The notes below the pieces were generated by a model. That model saw only the letters and a program-made list of their open reading frames with translations. It searched no databases and was not told where the DNA came from. This document shows positions 16,763 through 23,977 of a stretch of DNA of 24,000 nucleotides, piece after piece (the stretch's first letter is position 1; each line of letters starts with the position of its first letter). Origin of the DNA: Paenibacillus sophorae (GTDB lineage Bacteria; Bacillota; Bacilli; Paenibacillales; Paenibacillaceae); contig NZ_CP076607.1 in the NCBI RefSeq assembly GCF_018966525.1, positions 1,657,705-1,681,704 on the forward strand, given 5' to 3'. A program made the translations under genes and the position numbers.

Positions 16763-16793
16763 AATGTACACCTTTACGCTGCGTCAATGTCAA
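16763..16793 (-). promoter_or_regulatory. MerR-type promoter/operator with a 19-bp spacer
   Basis: The minus strand reads TTGACA (16793-16788), a 19-nt spacer TTGACGCAGCGTAAAGGTG, then TACATT (16768-16763). The spacer contains the dyad TTgACGC-A-GCGTaAA (16773-16787, 6 of 7 pairs). Confidence 0.65.
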
Positions 16794-16813
16794 ACGTTTT
16801 ATGTCAGCAGAAA

Positions 16814-16835
16814 AACCCTTGCCGGAGCAAGGGTT
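16814..16835 (-). terminator. Terminator of the exonuclease gene
   Basis: AACCCTTGC (16814-16822) pairs with GCAAGGGTT (16827-16835), with a 4-nt loop. On the minus strand it is followed by TTTCTG. It lies 28 nt past the stop at 16863. Confidence 0.6.
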
Positions 16836-16862
16836 ATGCCGGAAGGGAAGACGGATCTCTCT

Positions 16863-17669
16863 TCAGCCTTCGGTGTTCGGATTGGGAGCGGGGCGGGCGG
16901 GGAAAGCGCCAGGGGCGGGCATCTTCTCAAGCTCCGCGGCAAAATAGCGCTGAAGCTCCTCGACCTTGCGCGGATCGTCGAGCGGAACTTTGCCGGTAAA
17001 ATAATGTTCCGTAACGAGTTCCCAGGTGGGGACGATTTTTTGCGACAGTATCGCTTTGATCGCAATCTTGACCGTCTTGCGCTCCCGGGCGTTGGAGAAG
17101 GTGTCTTTGTAATATTTCACCTGATCCAGATCAAGCTCGCCGAAGAGTGCGCGGAAAATGTCCGACGTCATGCGCGCATCACCGAGCGCCCGGTGGGCAG
17201 AGCCCGTGGATTCAAGGCCCAGAAGCTCCATAGCGCCTTCTACGCTGACATCATTCTTCAGTCCCCGGGCGCGCAGGAGACCTTTCAGCAGATCGTAGTA
17301 AGGCGTCTTCATCCAGTAGAGGTCGTCCATCTTATGCATGCGGGTATCCTGGATAATGCGCTTCATATCCTCCCCTCCCCAGGTCAGCAGCAGCACGCCG
17401 TCCGGGCTTAGGTCAAGCCAGCGCCGAAAGGCGGAGATGACTTTGGGAAAGCGGGGGGCGATGTCGATTTCTTCCTGCGGGATGCCCGTTTTTTTCTTTA
17501 TGAACGAATTTAGCGTGGCAAAATAGACGGGTCTGATCAGCGAAGTGAACTCGTCGACAGGACGCAGCGAAGCGTCCAGCCGCACGGCGCCGATCTCGAT
17601 AACCTCCATCGGATGCTCGCTGGCAAACTTGCGGCCGTTGAATTCAATGTCCAGAATGATATAATCCAC
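16863..17669 (-). CDS. DEDDh (DnaQ/ERI-1/KapD-like) 3'-5' exonuclease with a ~85-aa C-terminal extension, 268 aa
   Basis: Exo I is ILDIEFN, Exo II is LLLTWGGEDMKRI, and Exo III is AHRALGDARMTSDIF (the H-x4-D type). GTG 17669 lies 8 nt after GGAGG. Confidence 0.8.
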   Translation of the reverse strand: MDYIILDIEFNGRKFASEHPMEVIEIGAVRLDASLRPVDEFTSLIRPVYFATLNSFIKKKTGIPQEEIDIAPRFPKVISAFRRWLDLSPDGVLLLTWGGEDMKRIIQDTRMHKMDDLYWMKTPYYDLLKGLLRARGLKNDVSVEGAMELLGLESTGSAHRALGDARMTSDIFRALFGELDLDQVKYYKDTFSNARERKTVKIAIKAILSQKIVPTWELVTEHYFTGKVPLDDPRKVEELQRYFAAELEKMPAPGAFPARPAPNPNTEG

Positions 17670-17746
17670 AAAAGTTGCCTCCGTATACGCTTAGACTGAT
17701 ACGATCTCTCGCACCGATTCTTCTATTTTAACAAATTGTTCCCGGA

Positions 17747-17775
17747 TTGACTTCCTTTGAGCGCCAATTTACAAT
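17747..17775 (+). promoter_or_regulatory. Sigma-A type promoter of the CYTH gene
   Basis: TTGACT (17747-17752), a 17-nt spacer, then TACAAT (17770-17775), 38 nt upstream of the ATG. Confidence 0.6.
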
Positions 17776-17813
17776 TTACTAACCTGACATACGTGAAAAG
17801 GGGAGAAATATAG

Positions 17814-18314
17814 ATGGCAATGGAGATTGAGCGCAAGTTCCTGCTTCCTGAGTTTCCGCAGCAGCTGATTGAAGAGGGGAAGCTGAACATTCACAGCCGG
17901 CAGCGCATCGAACAGACTTATTTGGCGATTGACGGACCGCAGGAGCTGCGCGTCCGCAAGCTTGAAGACCTCAGTTCCGGCGAGCTGCATTACACCCATA
18001 CGTTCAAGAACGGCCTTGGCATCAGCCGCGAGGAAATCGAATATGAAATCTCGCAGGGCTTGTACGAACAAATGATTCGTGCCGTCCGGGCGGTGCCGCT
18101 GATTAAGGAACGCATTACCGGCGAATGGAACGGCATAACGGTAGAAATCGATATCTATGATCAACTGAAGCTGTCGGTCGTCGAGGTTGAATTTCATTCC
18201 TTGGAGGAAGCCCAAAGCTTCGAGGCGCCGGACTGGTTCGGCCTGGATATCAGCGAAGAGAAGAAATACAGCAACAAGACGGTCTGGAAAGAATTGCAGA
18301 ATTCGGCTCACTAG
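17814..18314 (+). CDS. CYTH-domain (triphosphate tunnel metalloenzyme) protein, 166 aa
   Basis: It has the N-terminal ExExK signature MAMEIERKFLL. Alternating charged beta-strand motifs follow (RVRK, EIEYEI, VEIDIY, VVEVEF). ATG 17814 follows GGGGAG. Confidence 0.8.
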   Translation: MAMEIERKFLLPEFPQQLIEEGKLNIHSRQRIEQTYLAIDGPQELRVRKLEDLSSGELHYTHTFKNGLGISREEIEYEISQGLYEQMIRAVRAVPLIKERITGEWNGITVEIDIYDQLKLSVVEVEFHSLEEAQSFEAPDWFGLDISEEKKYSNKTVWKELQNSAH

Positions 18315-18440
18315 CAAAGGAATTGCGAAAAATGGCGGAAAACTGGCGAAAGCATGCAGAATACAACGGACTTTAACACATAAACGTGTTAATATATATG
18401 GTAAATTCGAAAGCGCGAAATTCAGGGGGCTGAGTAGAAA

Positions 18441-19850
18441 ATGAAATATATTAGCACAAGAGGCAGAGTTGAACCGAAAGGTTTTATTGATACGGTCTTA
18501 ATGGGTCTGGCCGATGACGGCGGACTGATGATTCCTGATGTTATTCCTACCGTATCTGCACAGACGCTCGAAGAATGGCGGTCTTTAAGCTTTCAGGAGC
18601 TGTTCCTGAAGATTTTTTCCTATTATACAAACGGTGAAATCCCGGACGGGGACCTGAAGGAATTGGTGGAACGGAGCTACGCTTCATTCCGCCATCCGGA
18701 AGTGACGCCGCTTAAAGAAATCAATGATTCGCTGTATGTGCTGGAGCTGTTCCACGGGCCGACCTTTGCGTTCAAGGACGTTGCGCTGCAGTTTATGGGC
18801 GAGCTGTACTCTTATATTTCCAGAGTGCGCGGCGAAATTATTCATATTCTCGGCGCAACCTCCGGCGATACCGGAGCGGCGGCCATCGCGGGCGTACGCG
18901 GCAAGGAAGGCATCAAGATCTGTATTCTGCATCCGCATAATAAAGTCAGCAAGGTGCAGGAGCTTCAAATGACGACGGTCAATGACGCGAACGTGCTCAA
19001 CCTGTCGGTCAAGGGCAACTTCGACGACTGCCAGAAGATTATCAAGGAGCTGTTCGCCGATCTGGACTTCAAGAGCCGGTATCATTTGCGCGCGATCAAC
19101 TCGATCAACTTTGTGCGGATTTTGGCGCAGACGGTCTACTATTTCTATGCTTACCTGCATCTGCCGGAGGCGGCGCAAGGCAAGACGGTCAACATCAGTG
19201 TGCCATCCGGCAACTTTGGGAATATTTTCTCCGGCTATCTCGCTAAGAAGATGGGTCTGCCAATCAGCAAGCTGATCATTGCCACGAACGAGAACAACAT
19301 TCTGGAGCGGTTCGTCAAGACCGGAGAGTACAAGCCCGGCGATTTCAAAAGCACGTACAGCCCTTCGATGGACATCCAGGTGGCAAGCAACTTCGAACGC
19401 TATCTGTATTATCTGTCCGGTGAGGATTCCGCGAAGGTGTCAGATTACATGGCGAAGCTTCAGCGTGAAGGGGCCATTACGGTCGATCCGGTGCTGCTTG
19501 AGCAGGTGCAGTCCGAATTTGCCGCGCTTGGCGTGAAGAATGAGGAGTGTCTGAACATAATCGCCAAATACCAGCAGGAATCCGGCTATTTGCTGGACCC
19601 GCATACCGCCTGCGGTATTGCCGCTTATGAAGAATATAACGGGCCGGGCGAGATCGGCATCACGTATGCAACCGCGCACCCGGCCAAGTTCGACGAAGCG
19701 ATTTCCCTGCTGAACATCAAACAGGAGTTTCCGGCGGAGATTGCTGGTCTGTCTGCGCTGCCGCAGCACATGACCGTGACCGAGCATGACAAGGCAGAGA
19801 TCGCAAGCCAGCTTGAGACCTTCTATACGCTTTCCGCAGAAATCGGATAG
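18441..19850 (+). CDS. thrC: Threonine synthase (long, E. coli/yeast-like class), 469 aa
   Basis: MKYISTRG, LELFHGPTFAFKDVALQF (PLP Lys), GATSGDTGAAAIAG, NSINFVRILAQTVYYFYAY, VPSGNFGNIFSGYLAKKMGLP, DPHTACG and ATAHPAKF are all colinear with E. coli ThrC blocks. Confidence 0.9.
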   Translation: MKYISTRGRVEPKGFIDTVLMGLADDGGLMIPDVIPTVSAQTLEEWRSLSFQELFLKIFSYYTNGEIPDGDLKELVERSYASFRHPEVTPLKEINDSLYVLELFHGPTFAFKDVALQFMGELYSYISRVRGEIIHILGATSGDTGAAAIAGVRGKEGIKICILHPHNKVSKVQELQMTTVNDANVLNLSVKGNFDDCQKIIKELFADLDFKSRYHLRAINSINFVRILAQTVYYFYAYLHLPEAAQGKTVNISVPSGNFGNIFSGYLAKKMGLPISKLIIATNENNILERFVKTGEYKPGDFKSTYSPSMDIQVASNFERYLYYLSGEDSAKVSDYMAKLQREGAITVDPVLLEQVQSEFAALGVKNEECLNIIAKYQQESGYLLDPHTACGIAAYEEYNGPGEIGITYATAHPAKFDEAISLLNIKQEFPAEIAGLSALPQHMTVTEHDKAEIASQLETFYTLSAEIG

Positions 19851-19891
19851 GGATGGATGATGTGAAAACTTTTAAAGGGAGAGATAGCTGC

Positions 19892-20884
19892 ATGACCACC
19901 ATTCGATTTGGCGTAGTCGGAACCAACTGGATTACGGACCGGTTCTTGAAGTCGGGACTGGAAAATGAAGATTTTCTGCTGACGGCTGTGTATTCCCGCA
20001 GCGAGGAGAAAGGCATGGCGTTCGCCGCGAAGTACGCCGGAGCCTCCGTCTACACCGATCTGGAAGCTATGGCGGCAAGCGACGAGATCGACGCCGTCTA
20101 TATTGCGAGCCCTAATTCGCTGCATGCCGAGCATGCGCTTATCTGCATTAGTCACGGCAAGCATGTGCTGTGCGAGAAACCCGCCGCGTCCAACGCGGCT
20201 GAGCTGAGACGTGTAATCGAGGCTGCGCGGCGCAACAATGTGCTGTTTATGGAAGCGATGAAATCGACATTGGTTCCGAACTTCGGGATTATCAAAGAGA
20301 ATCTGTATAAAATCGGCCGGATCCGGCGCTATTTCGCCAGCTACTGCCAGTATTCCTCGCGTTATGACGCTTTCCTTCAGGGAACGGTGCTGAATGCCTT
20401 CAATCCGGCATTTTCCAATGGCGCTCTGATGGATCTCGGCATTTATTGTCTTTATCCCATGGTCGTGCTGTTCGGCAAGCCGGATACGGTGAAGGCGACC
20501 GGCGTTATGCTGTCCTCTGGCGTTGACGGCGAGGGCAGCATCGTCATGCGTTACGATGATATGGATGCTGCCGTGATGTATTCCAAGATTACCGAATCCT
20601 ATCTGCCGGTGGAAATCCAGGGCGAGAACGGCACGATGGTGATCGATAAAATCAGCCAGCCGTATGAGGTCAAGATTCGTTACAGAGACGGAATTGTTGA
20701 AGAGCTGACTGTGCCGCAGACCTACGAGTCGATGTTCTACGAAGCTCAGGAATTTATCCGCTTGCTTAAGGCGGGGGAACGCGAGAGCTCCGTCAATTCG
20801 CATGCCTGCTCGCTGGCGGCGGCGGAAATTATGGAGGAAGCGCGGCGGCAGATCGGACTGAGATACGCCGCGGATCAATGGTAG
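19892..20884 (+). CDS. Gfo/Idh/MocA-family NAD(P)-dependent oxidoreductase, 330 aa
   Basis: It has MTTIRFGVVGTNWITDRF (Rossmann N-terminus), AVYIASPNSLHAEHA and KHVLCEKP (the family EKP motif). ATG 19892 lies 8 nt after AAAGGGAGAG. The ORF-track start at 19853 has no SD. Confidence 0.85.
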   Translation: MTTIRFGVVGTNWITDRFLKSGLENEDFLLTAVYSRSEEKGMAFAAKYAGASVYTDLEAMAASDEIDAVYIASPNSLHAEHALICISHGKHVLCEKPAASNAAELRRVIEAARRNNVLFMEAMKSTLVPNFGIIKENLYKIGRIRRYFASYCQYSSRYDAFLQGTVLNAFNPAFSNGALMDLGIYCLYPMVVLFGKPDTVKATGVMLSSGVDGEGSIVMRYDDMDAAVMYSKITESYLPVEIQGENGTMVIDKISQPYEVKIRYRDGIVEELTVPQTYESMFYEAQEFIRLLKAGERESSVNSHACSLAAAEIMEEARRQIGLRYAADQW

Positions 20885-20903
20885 GAGAAACGGAGAGCGG
20901 AGC

Positions 20904-21821
20904 TTGAAGACATTTAAAAAGGTATACATCGAGATTACAAGCGTCTGCAATCTGGCCTGCAGCTTTTGCCCGCAAACGGAGCGGCAGGCCAAGTTTATGA
21001 ATACTGAAACGTTCAGCGTCATTCTGGATGAGATCAAGCCGCATACCTCGCATATTTATCTGCATGTCAAAGGCGAGCCGCTGCTGCATCCGAGAATCCA
21101 TGAACTGCTGGATGCCGCGCATGACAAAGGCTTCAAGGTTAACATTACGACCAACGGCACGCTGATCCGCAAAGCAGGGCACAAGCTGCTGGGGAAGCCG
21201 GCGCTGCGGCAGATGAACTTCTCGCTGCACAGCTTCGACGGACATGAGGGCTCCGAGGACCGCGCAGGGTATCTTTCACAGATTATCGGATTCGCCAAGG
21301 AAGCTGCGGCGCAGGGGGTCTTTATCTCCTTCCGGCTCTGGAATCTCACACCGGACAATCTGACGAATCTGCAAAGAAACCGGAATCGGGAGACGCTGTC
21401 CGTACTGGAATCGGCATTCGAGCTGGATTACCAGATCGAGGAAAAGATCGTTCCCGGAAGCAGCGTGAAGATCGCCGAGCGGATCTTTCTGAATCAGGAC
21501 CATGAGTTTGAGTGGCCCAGTCTTAGCGCGCCCGAAGACGATGGTAAAGGGTTCTGCCATGCCCTTCGCAGCCAGGCCGCCGTACTGGTCGACGGGACGG
21601 TGGTGCCCTGCTGTCTGGATGGAGAGGGCGTCATTAATCTCGGCAACATTAACCAGACGCCGTTCTCCGAGATCGTGGAGGGAGAACGGGCGAACAATCT
21701 GTTCTACGGCTTCTCCCGCAGGGAAGCGGTGGAGGAGCTGTGCCGCAGATGCGGCTACAGGCAGCGGTTCGGTTCGAGCGAACCGGAAAGGGCTGCCGTT
21801 GTAAATCGCAATGAGAACTGA
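20904..21821 (+). CDS. Radical SAM protein with a Cys-rich SPASM/twitch-like C-terminus, 305 aa
   Basis: It has CNLACSFC (C-X3-C-X2-C) at residues 15-22 and GEPLL. The C-terminus is FCHAL...VPCCLDGEG...CRRCGY. A TTG start at 20904 (6 nt after GGAGAG) is forced because the first in-frame ATG lies downstream of the cluster motif. Confidence 0.8.
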   Translation: MKTFKKVYIEITSVCNLACSFCPQTERQAKFMNTETFSVILDEIKPHTSHIYLHVKGEPLLHPRIHELLDAAHDKGFKVNITTNGTLIRKAGHKLLGKPALRQMNFSLHSFDGHEGSEDRAGYLSQIIGFAKEAAAQGVFISFRLWNLTPDNLTNLQRNRNRETLSVLESAFELDYQIEEKIVPGSSVKIAERIFLNQDHEFEWPSLSAPEDDGKGFCHALRSQAAVLVDGTVVPCCLDGEGVINLGNINQTPFSEIVEGERANNLFYGFSRREAVEELCRRCGYRQRFGSSEPERAAVVNRNEN

Positions 21822-21897
21822 ACGGTAGTATAGGGAACGGATGGTCTATTAGGGGCTGTCCCATAAGTGGATAATCTGAAAATGCAAAGAGGAGTTA

Positions 21898-21941
21898 AGA
21901 AGCCGGCAGGTCTTTCGGTTTTGAAAGACTTGCTGGCTTCT
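21898..21941 (+). terminator. Rho-independent terminator closing the thrC / oxidoreductase / radical SAM unit
   Basis: AGAAGCCGGCAGGTCTTTC pairs with GAAAGACTTGCTGGCTTCT, a 19-bp stem (17 Watson-Crick pairs plus 2 G-U) with a 6-nt loop. It is followed by GTTATTCTTATT. The G-U pairs become A-C mismatches on the other strand, so it is plus-oriented. Confidence 0.8.
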
Positions 21942-22118
21942 GTTATTCTTATTCGTCAACGTTTTCACAGAGTAAGAAAGTGAATTCGGGAGACTCGAAA
22001 AAGATTTTTGAGGCGGCCCGGGTGTTGATATGTATTGCTGCGAGCGTGGGTGCGGCCTCCTTGTCGCTTCAAACTCAAGTGATGAGGTTAGGTTGGTTGT
22101 GACTTAAGTTCAGCGTCT

Positions 22119-22310
22119 TGCAAAAAAGCTAAGATGCAGCTTTTTTTACCCAAAACGCTTATTCACAAGGAAATCCTGCTATCATACAGGAATTTGAGGC
22201 TGTGCTGACTGAATTTGAGGCTGAGCGGAGAAAAACCTGTATTTTCGTAGGCATGTTATACAATAGGTGTTCTCAGGCAACCAAAAGCTGCACAATCTCA
22301 GTTTTTTGCA
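22119..22310. repeat. ~190-bp segment bounded by imperfect ~28-31 bp inverted repeats (MITE-like element or a pair of A/T-clamped hairpins)
   Basis: The left end is TGCAAAAAAGCTAAGATGCAGCTTTT (22119-22144). The reverse complement of the right end is TGCAAAAAACTGAGATTGTGCAGCTTTT (22283-22310). About 24 positions match, with 1-nt and 3-nt indels. Each end is also a hairpin (22122-22146 and 22283-22306). Confidence 0.45.
22190..22223. repeat. Tandem direct repeat GAATTTGAGGCTG x2, period 21 bp
   Basis: Exact 13-mers occur at 22190-22202 and 22211-22223, inside the segment above. Confidence 0.8.
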
Positions 22311-22458
22311 TACTTTGCTTTATCATGCCCCCAGGGGCTGGAAATACATTACTCCTGTTAACGTTTACGAAGTTCAATTCCCCCTCAAAAAAACGTCCCG
22401 GCAGCCATTTCCATGGCATAGGGTACACCCTCTTTTTACGCGATCAATGGATGGGTAG

Positions 22459-22797
22459 TCAGTTGGGTGCAGTTAACCGCTCTGCTTCCCCTGAGGCATG
22501 ATAGGCATCCAATATCGATGCAAGCAGTCCGGGAAAACGGGTCTCTAGATCCTCCGTACGGATACTGGAGAAGCGCTGCGTGCCTTGCACACGGACGCGA
22601 AGTATGCCCGCCTCCCTCAGTGTCCGGTAATGATGGGAAAGGGTGGATTTGACGACGGGGACAGCGATATCTCCGCATCTCCGCTCTCCTGATTTATGGA
22701 TAACATCAACCAGATATAATCGGATCGGGTCGCTTAGGGCGTAAAGCACAGAGGACAATTGAATATCCTGGCAGTCCGGATGATGGAGCATTTTCAC
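22459..22797 (-). CDS. ArsR/SmtB-family winged-helix transcriptional regulator, 112 aa
   Basis: LSSVLYALSDPIRLYLVDVIH...VVKSTLSHHYRTLREAGIL matches the ArsR-type HTH pattern. GTG 22797 lies 9 nt after GAGGAGG; ATG 22791 is an alternative. The longer ORF-track start at 22899 overlaps rarD. Confidence 0.8.
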   Translation of the reverse strand: MKMLHHPDCQDIQLSSVLYALSDPIRLYLVDVIHKSGERRCGDIAVPVVKSTLSHHYRTLREAGILRVRVQGTQRFSSIRTEDLETRFPGLLASILDAYHASGEAERLTAPN

Positions 22798-22811
22798 ATC
22801 AAAAAGCCTCC

Positions 22812-23711
22812 TCAAAGAGCATCTGCCCGACTGATCGGCACGACCTTCACTTTGGATTTCTTGAACGTAACGAAGGAATATATAATCAGAGCCAGCCAAA
22901 TGAGTGAAAAGCTGATCAAATTCCCTTCCGAGAACGGTTCGTTAAATAAGAAAATGGCAAGCAGCAAGCTCGTAGTCGGCGCGATATATTGGAAAAACCC
23001 GACGAATGAAAGCGGAAGCAGCTGCATGGATTTGGCGAACCAGAATAAAGGCATCGCTGTCGCTGCGCCTGAGAGCAGGAGAAGAATGATCGAGAAAGGC
23101 GGTAAAGAAGTGAAGGTTCCCGTTCCCTGCGATTGGATATAGAACAGATAGCCAAGAGCGACGGGAAGCGCAACAATCGTTTCTCCCGCCAGACCAAGCA
23201 GAACATCCAGCTTCGCTATCTTTTTGGCAAGGCCGTACAAGGCAAAAGAAACCGCCAAAGATATAGCCACCCACGGAATATGCCCGTATTGCACAGCCAT
23301 AATCAGAACGCCGAGGCCCGCCAGAAAGAGAGACAGCCATTGTCCCGGCGACAGCCGTTCTCTCAGGAAAACGACGGCGAACAATACGCTGATCAGGGGG
23401 TTCATATAGTACCCCAGGCTTGTTTCGATCACATGATTGTTGTTAACCGCCCAAATAAAGAGAAACCAGTTCAGGCTGATAAAAATGGAGCAGAGAACAA
23501 TGGCTGCCGCGCTTCTTCGGTTTGAACCCACACTCTTTAGCCGCCTCCACTGCCTGGACACCGTAACAAGAACCGCTACGAATACAAAGGACCAGGTAAT
23601 CCGCTGCGCCAGAATTTCCCACGCGGGCATTGCTGTAAACAGGCGCCAATATAACGGCAAAAACCCCCATGTCAAATAGGCCAAGACGGCGTAAATGATT
23701 CCCTTCTTCAT
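22812..23711 (-). CDS. rarD: EamA/DMT-superfamily transporter, RarD type, 299 aa
   Basis: MKKGIIYAVLAYLTWGFLPLYWRLF... and ten hydrophobic segments are typical of RarD. ATG 23711 lies 7 nt after GGGGGA. The stop is 14 nt before the ArsR-family start, whose SD overlaps that stop. Confidence 0.8.
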   Translation of the reverse strand: MKKGIIYAVLAYLTWGFLPLYWRLFTAMPAWEILAQRITWSFVFVAVLVTVSRQWRRLKSVGSNRRSAAAIVLCSIFISLNWFLFIWAVNNNHVIETSLGYYMNPLISVLFAVVFLRERLSPGQWLSLFLAGLGVLIMAVQYGHIPWVAISLAVSFALYGLAKKIAKLDVLLGLAGETIVALPVALGYLFYIQSQGTGTFTSLPPFSIILLLLSGAATAMPLFWFAKSMQLLPLSFVGFFQYIAPTTSLLLAIFLFNEPFSEGNLISFSLIWLALIIYSFVTFKKSKVKVVPISRADAL

Positions 23712-23742
23712 CAATTGATCCCCCAGTAAATAAATCGAGAAT

Positions 23743-23782
23743 ATGATTCTAAAGTTCGATTGCAATCGAAATTCCGAATAAT
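23743..23782. promoter_or_regulatory. Palindromic operator candidate: perfect 16-bp core TTCGATTGCAATCGAA within a 40-bp imperfect dyad
   Basis: The core at 23755-23770 is a perfect palindrome. Symmetry continues outward (16 of 20 pairs across 23743-23782). It lies between the predicted -10 box and the rarD start codon. Confidence 0.6.
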
Positions 23783-23785
23783 GGA

Positions 23786-23814
23786 AATTTAACATACAAT
23801 CAGATGAAATGCAA
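23786..23814 (-). promoter_or_regulatory. Sigma-A type promoter of the rarD / ArsR-family operon
   Basis: The minus strand reads TTGCAT (23814-23809), a 17-nt spacer, then TAAATT (23791-23786), preceded by TGT (extended -10). Confidence 0.5.
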
Positions 23815-23854
23815 TTATGAATTTGAAAATGACATTAACAGGAAGGATAAGCGC

Positions 23855-23913
23855 AAAAAGCCTTTGGGGTGCGGGCATGAAACCATCATGCTCCGCTCCC
23901 CGAAAGGCTTTTT
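23855..23913. terminator. Long bidirectional hairpin terminator, probably ending a minus-strand gene beyond the right edge
   Basis: GCCTTTGGGGTGCGGGCATGA (23860-23880) pairs with TCATGCTCCGCTCCCCGAAAGGC (23886-23908). There are two single-nt bulges and one mismatch, and the loop is AACCA. It is flanked by AAAAA and TTTTT. Confidence 0.7.
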
Positions 23914-23950
23914 AAATCTTTTATGTCTGCGGGCAACTTGCGCCGTTTCA

Positions 23951-23977
23951 GGCTGCCCGAGAAAGTCTCGGGCAGCC
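23951..23977. other. 11-bp perfect hairpin at the window edge, function unknown
   Basis: GGCTGCCCGAG-AAAGT-CTCGGGCAGCC. There is no U-tract on either strand, and it may lie inside or just after a gene that is outside the window. Confidence 0.3.

Noticed and set aside
19823-21037. 404-aa ORF antisense to the Gfo/Idh/MocA gene and the start of the radical SAM gene
   Set aside because: It spans two well-supported plus-strand genes and their junction. It has no recognisable domain and no SD.
21882-21983. 33-codon ORF (MQRGVKKPAGLSVLKDLLASVILIRQRFHRVRK) overlapping the 21898-21941 terminator
   Set aside because: It has no SD upstream. The sequence is dominated by the terminator stem, so the open frame is most likely incidental.
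22202-22501. 99-aa and 63-aa plus-strand ORFs in the non-coding spacer
   Set aside because: Neither has an SD. Both are Cys/Phe/Leu-rich with odd composition, they overlap the repeat structures, and they run into the ArsR-family gene antisense. They are better explained as chance ORFs in AT-richer DNA.
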